DNA of 35,107 nt, counting the filler, from an uncultured Methanosarcinales archaeon (lineage in GTDB: Archaea > Nanobdellota > Nanobdellia > Woesearchaeales > CAYNLP01): assembly GCA_964398115.1 (NCBI GenBank). It is 17 parts of 17 records of this genome, joined end to end, with 100 filler letters (N's around TTAATTAATTAA, not from the genome) between each part and the next. Parts side by side here need not be neighbours in the genome. Positions count along the whole stretch, not along the records: positions 1 to 2,492 come from CAYNLP010000051.1; positions 2,593 to 5,048 come from CAYNLP010000052.1; positions 5,149 to 7,578 come from CAYNLP010000053.1; 14 more parts are not named here. One strand, given 5' to 3'. The position numbers and the translations under genes are program-made. This document shows, piece by piece, positions 1-7,381 of the stretch (its first letter is position 1; every line of letters starts with the position of its first letter). The notes below the pieces were generated by a model. That model saw only the letters and a list, made by a program, of their open reading frames with translations. It was not told where the DNA came from and made no database searches.

Positions 1-38
1 GCAAATATTTTTAAGAAAGATTGTTTTTCCAGTCAGAT

Positions 39-986
39 ATGGAGAAAGTTGAAGATTTCACTTGGAAACCTGGGATGACTGTTGAAGAATTAGCTGATGA
101 TCTCGGTAATGTTGGTTTTCAAAGTGTGGAGATTAGGAAAGCGGTCGACACCGTTTTGAAAATGAAGCGTAGCGGTTCTAAAATTTTTTTGACTTTTACA
201 AGTAATATGGTCACGAGTGGTTTGAGAGGTTTCTTCGCTCAGTTAATAAAATTAGGAATTCCAGACGTTATAGTCACCACCGTGGGTGGTTTGGAAGAGG
301 ATATCATGAAATCACATGGGGAAGAATTCATCCTTGGTGATTTCAGCCCTGATGATGTTGAACTGTATGAGAAAGGAACGAATCGGGTGGGTAATATTTT
401 CATCAATAATGAAAGTTATGAGCGTTTTGAAGATATAATAAATCCGATGATTGAAAGCTTGTATGAGGAAAAGAATCGGTGGCCGGTTAGTGAAATGCTA
501 GAAAAATTTGGTGATATGTTAGATGATGAGAGTAGTATATTATATCAAGCATCAGAGCATGGCGTCCCCATTTTTTGTCCGGGTATTACAGATGGCGCGT
601 TTGGATTCCACTTGTACATGTTCCAAGAGAAACACGACGACTTTGTTGTAGACGTGGTTAAAGATTTCAAGAACGTCTTGTTTTCAGTGAGTCATGATGA
701 CCGTAAAGGTCTTATTGCTCTTGGCGGTGGTATTAGCAAACACCATGCTATACTTGCAGGGTTGCTAAGTGGCGGTTTGGATTACGCTGTTTATATGACT
801 ACTTCTAGGCATACGAGTGGTAGTATGAGTGGTGCTACAACGGATGAGGCTAAGAGTTGGGGGAAAGTAAAAGACAGTACTGATGTCGTTACGGTTATCG
901 GCGATGTGACGTTCACTTTTACTTTGATGATGAGTAGCGTGTTGGAAAAGTTAAGGGATGAGGGGGTTCTTAATGGCGAGGTTTGA
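39..986 (+). CDS. dys: Deoxyhypusine synthase (DHS) family protein
   Basis: Motifs FTSNMVTSGLR, TTVGGLEEDIMK, NRVGNIF, GGGISKHH and GSMSGA..DEAKSWGK (catalytic Lys); ATG at 39 preferred over TTG at 21. Confidence 0.93.
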   Translation: MEKVEDFTWKPGMTVEELADDLGNVGFQSVEIRKAVDTVLKMKRSGSKIFLTFTSNMVTSGLRGFFAQLIKLGIPDVIVTTVGGLEEDIMKSHGEEFILGDFSPDDVELYEKGTNRVGNIFINNESYERFEDIINPMIESLYEEKNRWPVSEMLEKFGDMLDDESSILYQASEHGVPIFCPGITDGAFGFHLYMFQEKHDDFVVDVVKDFKNVLFSVSHDDRKGLIALGGGISKHHAILAGLLSGGLDYAVYMTTSRHTSGSMSGATTDEAKSWGKVKDSTDVVTVIGDVTFTFTLMMSSVLEKLRDEGVLNGEV

Positions 987-1995
987 ACTCAGCCGTAAGG
1001 TTGTGAACAAGCAGTATGAGAAGTTGTTGCCTTTGGCGGACTCTGTTAGTTATAGTTTGAAAACAAATCCTGAAGTTGGAAAAGTTTTGGAGGAAGATAC
1101 GGATTGTTATTTCAGCGTTCATTCTCTAAGAGCTTTGGAAAGATTGAGGGACGCTGGTAGAGTTTGGTATTTTGCTCAAGGTTGGAGTGTTGAAGAGGTT
1201 GAGGAAGTTTTGGAAAAAGGAGCCGATAAGTTTGTCGTAGATAACGAGCAAGACCTTGATATCTTCATGGATTATTTGGAGGATACTAATTTAGAAGTGT
1301 CTTTGTTGTTGCGTAAGCGTTTGAAGGAATACACTGTTCAGACAGGTAAGAGATTTGTATACGGTTTCTTTAGTAAGGAAGTAAACGATTTAATTCCTCA
1401 GCTGAAAGATCATCCTAACATTGACAGGTTAGGTATTCACATGCATCGGAAGACGCAGAATGTTAGCGAGTGGGGTTTGAAGAAACAATTGCGGAATAGT
1501 TTGGAAGGTGAAACTTTAGAAGCGATTGATGTGGTTAACATTGGGGGTGGTTTGCCCAGCGTTTATAAGAATTACAGTGTGAAGAACATGGAGAATATTA
1601 AGAATCGTATTAGAAACGTTCGTAAATGGTTGGATGAGAAAAGTGTTGAAATGGTTGTAGAGCCGGGTCGTTACATCGCAGCTCCCGCAGTTAATTTAAT
1701 TTGTAATGTAAAAGCTGTATACAAAGATAACATAATCGTGGATTGTAGCATTTTCAACGCAGCTCTTGACACATTCTTGGAAAACATTCGCTTAGAAGTG
1801 GAAGGTGAGAAAGAAGAGAGTGAACAAGCTTATACCATCAAAGGTTGTACTCCTGACAGTAAGGATATTTTCCGTTACAAAGTTTTCTTGGAAGACCCTG
1901 ACGTTGGTGATGAGATTGTTTTCAAAAACGCTGGTGCTTATAACTTCCATACAGACTTTTGCTTCTTGCCAGAGTTAGAAACTGAAATTGTTTAA
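973..1995 (+). CDS. Fold-type III PLP-dependent decarboxylase (ornithine/arginine/diaminopimelate decarboxylase family)
   Basis: YSLKTN (PLP Lys), NIGGG, EPGR and GAY motifs; overlaps the DHS stop; GAGGGGGT SD-like sequence before ATG 973. Confidence 0.85.
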   Translation: MARFELSRKVVNKQYEKLLPLADSVSYSLKTNPEVGKVLEEDTDCYFSVHSLRALERLRDAGRVWYFAQGWSVEEVEEVLEKGADKFVVDNEQDLDIFMDYLEDTNLEVSLLLRKRLKEYTVQTGKRFVYGFFSKEVNDLIPQLKDHPNIDRLGIHMHRKTQNVSEWGLKKQLRNSLEGETLEAIDVVNIGGGLPSVYKNYSVKNMENIKNRIRNVRKWLDEKSVEMVVEPGRYIAAPAVNLICNVKAVYKDNIIVDCSIFNAALDTFLENIRLEVEGEKEESEQAYTIKGCTPDSKDIFRYKVFLEDPDVGDEIVFKNAGAYNFHTDFCFLPELETEIV

Positions 1996-2444
1996 AGAAA
2001 TCTGCTCATCATTACCAAGTCTTCTCCTTCTTTGAAATGATCTTTCAAAACACCTTCTTGTTCGAACTCTAATTCCCTAAATGTTTGTAGCCTGTCAAAA
2101 GGTGTTAGACAGTATATCTTTCTTGCATCCATAGCAGTTGCTTCGCTGATAAGTTGCATTAATAGCATGGTCATTGTCTGCTCATCTTTAAAACCTGGTA
2201 GAAGTCCTTCATCTCTTATTTCAACTACTCCGTTCACATCTTTTACGAGTGAGGCGAATGCTTTTTTCTCTCCGTTTTCTTCGTATACGTAGAAATGTTC
2301 TTCTTCAATTTCTTTACTATGACCATTTTTTAAGTAATCAGTTGCCCACTCTTTGTCATAATCCAAGTTTCTTCTCTGCCAGTCTTTCACTAAAACTTCC
2401 GCTATTTCTTCAACCTCGTTTTCTTCTAATTCTCTTAAACTCAC
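1992..2444 (-). CDS. GNAT family N-acetyltransferase
   Basis: 150 aa with GNAT layout (FYVYEENG..AFASL, F..LEFEQEGVLKDHF..GEDLVMMSRFL); GAGGT SD upstream of the GTG. Confidence 0.75.
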   Translation of the reverse strand: MSLRELEENEVEEIAEVLVKDWQRRNLDYDKEWATDYLKNGHSKEIEEEHFYVYEENGEKKAFASLVKDVNGVVEIRDEGLLPGFKDEQTMTMLLMQLISEATAMDARKIYCLTPFDRLQTFRELEFEQEGVLKDHFKEGEDLVMMSRFL

Positions 2445-2492
2445 GTTGTTACCTCAGCGATTTCCTCAACCTGGGTTTCATTCAACGCTTTT

Positions 2493-2592
2493 NNNNNNNN
2501 NNNNNNNNNNNNNNNNNNNNNNNNNNNNNNNNNNNNTTAATTAATTAANNNNNNNNNNNNNNNNNNNNNNNNNNNNNNNNNNNNNNNNNNNN
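2493..2592. other. Artificial contig linker (44 N + TTAATTAATTAA + 44 N). Identical linkers at 5049-5148, 7579-7678, 9924-10023, 12239-12338, 14541-14640, 16759-16858, 18837-18936, 20875-20974, 22883-22982, 24772-24871, 26645-26744, 28408-28507, 30165-30264, 31842-31941, 33504-33603
   Basis: Exactly 100 nt each, with a 12-mer giving stops in all six frames; the intervening contigs decrease monotonically in length (2456, 2430, 2245 ... 1562 nt). Confidence 0.99.
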
Positions 2593-2919
2593 GATAAAAG
2601 CATCTGTAACATCGGAATCATTTTCAATAGGACATATGCTTAAGAATAGATCTTCTCCTTCGTCTCCAAATGTTTCTTTATAAGAATTTCCGCCCGCATG
2701 ACTCGTTGGTTTTTCAAAAGCTGCTTTTCTAAATTTGTTTAATCGAGATTTCAATTTCCTTGTAGTCCTTCCGATATAAACGATATTTGGGTCTGTGATA
2801 TTAACTGTTTCAGGTACATCATTTGAGAACTTGGCCAAAATATAAACTCCGGCTTTCTCCAAACTCTCTAAGTTAAATCTATCACTAAACTTAACCCACG
2901 CACTGAAAGTCTCTTTCAT
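2593..2919 (-). CDS. GIY-YIG nuclease family protein (3'-truncated)
   Basis: AGVYIL...IVYIGRT.RKLKSRL motif pair; TATA-like TATTTAA about 25-30 nt upstream. Confidence 0.75.
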
Positions 2920-2953
2920 AAATAACTTCAAAAAAATATTAAATTAAATATTT

Positions 2954-3011
2954 GTCGCTTGCGACCTATCTTTCGCGAATCTTTGATTCGCAACCACCAG
3001 CCTCTGGCTGG
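2954..3011. repeat. Cluster of three short perfect hairpins
   Basis: GTCGC-TT-GCGAC (2954-2965), GCGAATC-TTT-GATTCGC (2975-2991), CCAGCC-TCT-GGCTGG (2997-3011). Confidence 0.8.
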
Positions 3012-3246
3012 CTTCTTTCCAAAAACATAGAAAATCTTTACAAGCTGGCGTAAGGTTTCATCAGGGAACTCCTCAATTTTATCAACAAGAAACTCTGCAA
3101 CAATACGAAATCCCTTCCAATTTAGAAATGATGGAAAGATCTGAAGCAATCTGTTCTTCCAACCTGGAAAGCTTCGAATACTGAAAAAGACCAAACTGCC
3201 AAGCCCCCCGCCCGGACTTTTTCCCTTTAAACATAAATCCAAAAAT

Positions 3247-3302
3247 TGAGAATCTTTCGATTCTCACTATATTTCCAAAACAACTATCGCCTCCGGCGAT
3301 AG
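3247..3302. repeat. Second hairpin pair related to 2975-3011
   Basis: TGAGAATC-TTTC-GATTCTCA (3247-3266), CTATCGCC-TCC-GGCGATAG (3284-3302). Confidence 0.8.
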
Positions 3303-3586
3303 CTTCTAAAAACCCTCTTTTCTTGTTAATATTGAAATTAATTATTTCTGAAAAACCTGAAAATCTCGAAAATCTTACGAAAAACGTCTGTATCTCGAAA
3401 ATTTTATGATAAAAATTTATATACAACCCTTGTTTTCTAGAAAAAACACAATGACAAAAACAACCCTAAGCGAAGCCGGCACAGATTGCGCTGAGAAAGA
3501 GACATCTTATGATCATGATCAGGCGTCTTCTGTCATCATCGGCTCGTCTTTTGATTATACGGTTCTGGGCTCTCCGGTGATTCACG

Positions 3587-3874
3587 ATGAAGAAAGTCAT
3601 AACTTACGGATTGTACCCTACGCGATGGGATGACCTCTTGTTAGAAGATGGAACGTTTCTCGCCACCATCTACACTCTTGAAGAAGCTCGCCAAGACGAA
3701 CACGTTGACTTTAACGAACCCAGGATTTACGAGAAGGAAGACGGTTGGGATATAGTGGTAGATGCTCTCCAACTAACTCCTGAGAAAGTACAAGCAAGTT
3801 TAGATGATTTATCGGAGAAGACGGGGGAAGAATACCGATTTGATCCTTGCTATGACGACCTGAACGATGCTTAG
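3587..3874 (+). CDS. Hypothetical acidic protein
   Basis: 95-aa ORF with GGTGA SD upstream and host-like acidic composition. Confidence 0.65.
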   Translation: MKKVITYGLYPTRWDDLLLEDGTFLATIYTLEEARQDEHVDFNEPRIYEKEDGWDIVVDALQLTPEKVQASLDDLSEKTGEEYRFDPCYDDLNDA

Positions 3875-3888
3875 GGCTAACCACAACC

Positions 3889-3921
3889 TTTATATATTTA
3901 CTAATATCAAATATATTTGAT
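3889..3921 (+). promoter_or_regulatory. TATA box plus perfect 16-bp palindromic operator of the DUF6516/HTH operon
   Basis: TTTATATA at 3889-3896; ATCAAATATATTTGAT at 3906-3921 is its own reverse complement. Confidence 0.65.
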
Positions 3922-3935
3922 GAAAGAAATACATA

Positions 3936-4241
3936 ATGGCGAAGGAACTCATAAAAAGGAACAGACTCCTCTTGGACGAAGAAAGATTTGTGGAACTAGT
4001 AGCCTGGAAAGTACCCAAGGACAAAGACCATCAGGAAGGAATAAAGTACTCCTTCACCTACGTAAAAGAAGGAAAAAGAATCCTCGGAATAGACAACTAC
4101 AACAGGGAAGGACATCACAAACACATCCAAGACCGCAAAAAACCATACAACTTTACAACCCTGAAAAAAGCAGAAGAAGACTTTTACAAAATGATAGAGG
4201 AATTCGAAAATGAAAACCAACGAGATAAACATAAAGATTGA
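3936..4241 (+). CDS. DUF6516 (TumE-like) putative toxin
   Basis: WKVP...GIKYS..YV..GKRILGIDN...GHHKH signature; overlaps the downstream HTH gene. Confidence 0.8.
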   Translation: MAKELIKRNRLLLDEERFVELVAWKVPKDKDHQEGIKYSFTYVKEGKRILGIDNYNREGHHKHIQDRKKPYNFTTLKKAEEDFYKMIEEFENENQRDKHKD

Positions 4242-4587
4242 AACATTGGAAGAGTTCAGACAAAGAACCAGAGAAGAACTAGAAGATATAGAGGAAGGAG
4301 AGCAACAAACCTTCAAGGAAGAAATCCTCAGCTTCCAAAGCATAGAGCAGATGAGAGAATTCCTCACACCAAAGAGGATAGAACTTCTCAAAACAATACG
4401 GCATGAACAACCGGAAAGTATCTACGAACTCGCCAAGATGGTAGACAGGACTCCTGCAAACGTGAACCAAGACGTGAATCGCCTCGCCAACCTCGGACTG
4501 ATAGAACTGGAAAAGACCGACACCGCCAGGAAAAAAGTAAGACCTAAAGTCCGATACGACAAGATCAAGATGGAAATGGCAGTCTGA
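4210..4587 (+). CDS. HVO_A0114-like wHTH protein, putative (TumA-like) antitoxin
   Basis: LTPKRIELL..I....PESIYELAKMVDR...NV..DV..L..LGLIEL...RPKV.YD.I pattern. Confidence 0.8.
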   Translation: MKTNEINIKIETLEEFRQRTREELEDIEEGEQQTFKEEILSFQSIEQMREFLTPKRIELLKTIRHEQPESIYELAKMVDRTPANVNQDVNRLANLGLIELEKTDTARKKVRPKVRYDKIKMEMAV

Positions 4588-4619
4588 AAATGACCCTTCC
4601 TTCTCACAAAAGAAAAAAG

Positions 4620-5000
4620 TTACACTGTGCAGATGACTCTAGAATCTTTCAAGTTCGTCTTTGAATTTTCTCTTATTATGTTCTGCCCTGCCTTGACCGG
4701 TTTGTTCCTCTTCTTGGCATCAAAGCTTAGTTTTATCGTCAGAACGTTTTCTTTCACTTCCACGTCGAACTTGAAATTTTCTATGTTGTTCAGAGCTTTC
4801 TTAGAAACGTCCAATAATTCAGAAGCGTCGAAAATCTGCAAGCCGGTTATGAAACCCTCCTCGTCGATGTCCACAACTACCCTATCAAACTCTTCCGACC
4901 TGTCATAAAATCTTTCCTTAATTTTGAACATTAAAACATCGTGCTTGTAATCGTAAGAATGCACGCCTTCACCTTCTGCTTTCAAAGTTTCTCCTCCCAT
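4620..5000 (-). CDS. DUF2283 domain protein
   Basis: YDYKHDVLMF...VVVDIDEEGFITGLQIFDAS. Confidence 0.8.
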   Translation of the reverse strand: MGGETLKAEGEGVHSYDYKHDVLMFKIKERFYDRSEEFDRVVVDIDEEGFITGLQIFDASELLDVSKKALNNIENFKFDVEVKENVLTIKLSFDAKKRNKPVKAGQNIIRENSKTNLKDSRVICTV

Positions 5001-5004
5001 TTTT

Positions 5005-5048
5005 TCACAATCTTGGTAAGCTCTCCTTGTTCATAAAAGTTACTACTT
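5005..5048 (-). CDS. 3' fragment of upstream partner gene (possibly DUF4258-like)
   Basis: Reads ..VVTFMNKESLPRL*; a C-terminal VVT strand directly upstream of DUF2283 fits the known pairing; very short fragment. Confidence 0.4.
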
Positions 5049-5155
5049 NNNNNNNNNNNNNNNNNNNNNNNNNNNNNNNNNNNNNNNNNNNNTTAATTAA
5101 TTAANNNNNNNNNNNNNNNNNNNNNNNNNNNNNNNNNNNNNNNNNNNNAAGAAAA

Positions 5156-5206
5156 ATGACATAAATATACTAGCATGACATAAATATACCAGAATGACAT
5201 AAATAT
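5156..5206 (+). repeat. Three direct repeats of ATGACATAAATAT with 19-bp period (iteron/operator-like)
   Basis: Exact 13-mers at 5156, 5175 and 5194. Confidence 0.9.
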
Positions 5207-5252
5207 GTTACATGTTTAACAAATACACCAAAATAACTTTTTAAGACCAAAA

Positions 5253-6134
5253 ATGACAGATCAACGCCTGAAGAAACCGATCAGCAAATTCGCAGGATTC
5301 CACGTAGACGAAAGACTCAAGACCATACTAGAACAACTACTCAGCGAAATAAACGCCGACTGGGACAACATCATCATCATAGACGGCGAAGAAGGAGCAG
5401 GTAAAAGCACAATCGCAATGCAGATCGCTCACGTCATGAGCAAAAAACTAGACAAAGAATTCACAGTAGATAATGTCATATTCAATCCAGAAAAAGTAGT
5501 AAAGAAACTAAGCGGTGGAAACAAAGAAGTATATGTATGGGACGAAGCATTCAAAGGAGCCAACAGCGCCAGAGCCATGAGCAACCTAAACCAAAGACTT
5601 ATGGAAGTATTCATGGAAGCAAGAAGCAACAATCACACGCTAATCATGGTGATGCCATGGTTCTACTTACTGGATAAATACTATATACTACAGAGAGCAA
5701 AATTCCTATTGCACGTAGTGGCGCACCAGAATAGCGAAAACGAGAGGGAAAGAGGATACGCATACATCTATCCAAGGAGTTACATGAGAAAACTATACAT
5801 AGAAGGAAAGAAAGCGGGAGACTATCAATATCAGAAGCATGTCAGGAGCCCGCACAACCCAGTACAATTCGGGCCAAAGTTCCCTATAGATAGAGAAGAA
5901 TATGAAAAGAAAAAACACCAATACAGGAAGAGGCAAGCTAGGGATCAGAACGTGAGTTGGAAGAAATATCAAAAAATACTAAAAGAACACAAAAAGATGT
6001 TCCATAAACTTTTGAATGATTACACACAAGAGGAGGTTGCGAATATAATGGGTATAAATTCTAGGGCGACTGTGGCTCAAAGAAAGCAGAGGGATTTTTA
6101 CAAAGATATTGAAGAGGATGAAGATGATGAATAA
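5253..6134 (+). CDS. P-loop ATPase (Zot/tailless-virus morphogenesis-like) with C-terminal HTH
   Basis: Walker A IIIDGEEGAGKST, Walker B VYVWDE, ARS.NHTLIMVMP.F..LD; C-terminal YTQEEVANIMGINSRATV. Confidence 0.75.
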   Translation: MTDQRLKKPISKFAGFHVDERLKTILEQLLSEINADWDNIIIIDGEEGAGKSTIAMQIAHVMSKKLDKEFTVDNVIFNPEKVVKKLSGGNKEVYVWDEAFKGANSARAMSNLNQRLMEVFMEARSNNHTLIMVMPWFYLLDKYYILQRAKFLLHVVAHQNSENERERGYAYIYPRSYMRKLYIEGKKAGDYQYQKHVRSPHNPVQFGPKFPIDREEYEKKKHQYRKRQARDQNVSWKKYQKILKEHKKMFHKLLNDYTQEEVANIMGINSRATVAQRKQRDFYKDIEEDEDDE

Positions 6135-6142
6135 AGTATGTT

Positions 6143-6331
6143 TTGCAGAGAGGCACGGGGGTTTTGACCAGGGCTGATTTCTTTGCTGAGATCGCCTCTT
6201 TTTCCCAAACAGCACCCTTTGGGTGTCCGTGTCCTGCAATAACCTGACTGTGGGTGCTCCCGGTTTTACGCATTCTAACCTCTAAACTAGGGATGCTCCA
6301 GGCAGACTCCAAACGGAGTACCCACGGCAGG
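6143..6331 (+). ncRNA. Candidate two-domain structured RNA or ssDNA element
   Basis: GC-rich intergenic region with two long closing stems (6143-6158/6227-6239 and 6243-6266/6311-6331) and inner hairpins; wobble pairs are G-U on the + strand. Confidence 0.55.
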
Positions 6332-6361
6332 AAATAAAACCACAATATTTAAATAATAGCG

Positions 6362-6413
6362 TGTCGTAGAAGTATAGTAATACGACAAATAAACCTTATT
6401 ATAGGTTTTATTT
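6362..6413. other. Inverted repeats, candidate recombinase (att/dif-like) site
   Basis: TGTCGTA-N12-TACGACA (6362-6387); CAAATAAACCT-TATTAT-AGGTTTTATTT (6386-6413, 11-6-11 layout). Confidence 0.5.
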
Positions 6414-6451
6414 AAAAAACAACACAAACAAAATGTCGGGATATTTAGAAA

Positions 6452-6949
6452 ATGGCTCGTGATATACCCAAAGCACTAACAGAAGAAGAATACAAAAAAC
6501 TAATCAAAAACACAAACAAACCCAAACACAAACTCAGTTTTATGCTCGGATACGAATCAGGCCTAAGAGTCAGCGAAGTCACCAGCCTAAAACCCGAAGA
6601 TATAGACCAAAAAAGAAACCAAATCAGCATACACAACAGCAAAAGAGACAAAAGCCGCACAGTACCAATACCCAAAAACTTCAAACCCAAACACCTAAAA
6701 AGACTACCAATCAACCGCAGCGAAAGAACACTACAACGATGGTTCAACAAAGCACTAAAAAAAGCCAGCCTACCCCAGAAGTACACTTTCCACAGTTTAA
6801 GGCACGGTTTTGCCTTCCGACTCGCCGACAAAGGAATGAACATAAACTTCATACAACAACTAATGGGGCATGAAGCAGCAGAAACAACAATGATCTACAT
6901 GAAAGCCCGGCCAAAACAAGCAATAGACAAATACGAGGAAATGTTCTAA
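6452..6949 (+). CDS. Minimal tyrosine recombinase/integrase (catalytic domain only)
   Basis: GLRVSE (R), KRDKSR (K), HSLRH (H-x-x-R), LMGH, TTMIY (Y); only 165 aa. Confidence 0.92.
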   Translation: MARDIPKALTEEEYKKLIKNTNKPKHKLSFMLGYESGLRVSEVTSLKPEDIDQKRNQISIHNSKRDKSRTVPIPKNFKPKHLKRLPINRSERTLQRWFNKALKKASLPQKYTFHSLRHGFAFRLADKGMNINFIQQLMGHEAAETTMIYMKARPKQAIDKYEEMF

Positions 6950-7155
6950 TGAAAGAAGATTACCACTTCAAACTAACCAATAACGGTTACGAATTACTCC
7001 AAAACACATACATAACCAACAGCGACTACGCAGGACTGCGCTGGAACAAAGGCAGTATAAGCCAAGAAGAATTCACCAACATACTCAAATACAGAATGGC
7101 AGGAATAGCATGTTTTGAAAGCGAACTAGAAAAAAAGGTGAAAAACTTTGACTAG
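6949..7155 (+). CDS. Hypothetical protein (element-encoded)
   Basis: TAATG coupling to the integrase stop. Confidence 0.6.
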   Translation: MKEDYHFKLTNNGYELLQNTYITNSDYAGLRWNKGSISQEEFTNILKYRMAGIACFESELEKKVKNFD

Positions 7156-7381
7156 AAAACTCCTCGCAGCACACATAATCATCGCTGCTAGTATTTCAAC
7201 ACTCGGGTTATGGCTAAACTGGTGGAGTTTGCAGAACAATCTTTTAGTTCTCATACTATTGTATGTTTTGCAGACTCGTTGGAAACAAGCAAAACCAAAC
7301 CGTAAAGGATCTAAGAACTCGCCATTAGAGATGGCAGAACAGATGAATAACGAAGATAATGAAGACGGTGGTGGTGGATAG
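7148..7381 (+). CDS. Small membrane protein
   Basis: Two hydrophobic segments then a charged tail; overlaps the upstream ORF; GGTGA SD. Confidence 0.6.
   Translation: MTRKLLAAHIIIAASISTLGLWLNWWSLQNNLLVLILLYVLQTRWKQAKPNRKGSKNSPLEMAEQMNNEDNEDGGGG

Noticed and set aside
2394..2471. VEEIAEV encoded both at the end of the upstream fragment and near the GNAT start
   Set aside because: Synonymous sites differ, and such residues are common in an acidic proteome; likely chance
3247..3302. DGR-associated hairpins (GRA/GRNA loops on the minus strand)
   Set aside because: No reverse transcriptase, TR/VR pair or C-type-lectin target on the contig
2954..3302. Integron attC sites
   Set aside because: No RYYYAAC...GTTRRRY ends or long imperfect stem found; only short perfect hairpins
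3406..3633. 75-aa ORF
   Set aside because: Overlaps the better-supported 3587 gene by 47 nt; no SD or motif support
5156..5206. CRISPR array
   Set aside because: 13-nt repeats with 6-nt spacers are far too short; no cas genes
6143..6331. tRNA or hammerhead/HDV ribozyme
   Set aside because: No T-loop GTTCRA or D-loop pattern, no CUGANGA/GAAA core and no HDV topology recognised
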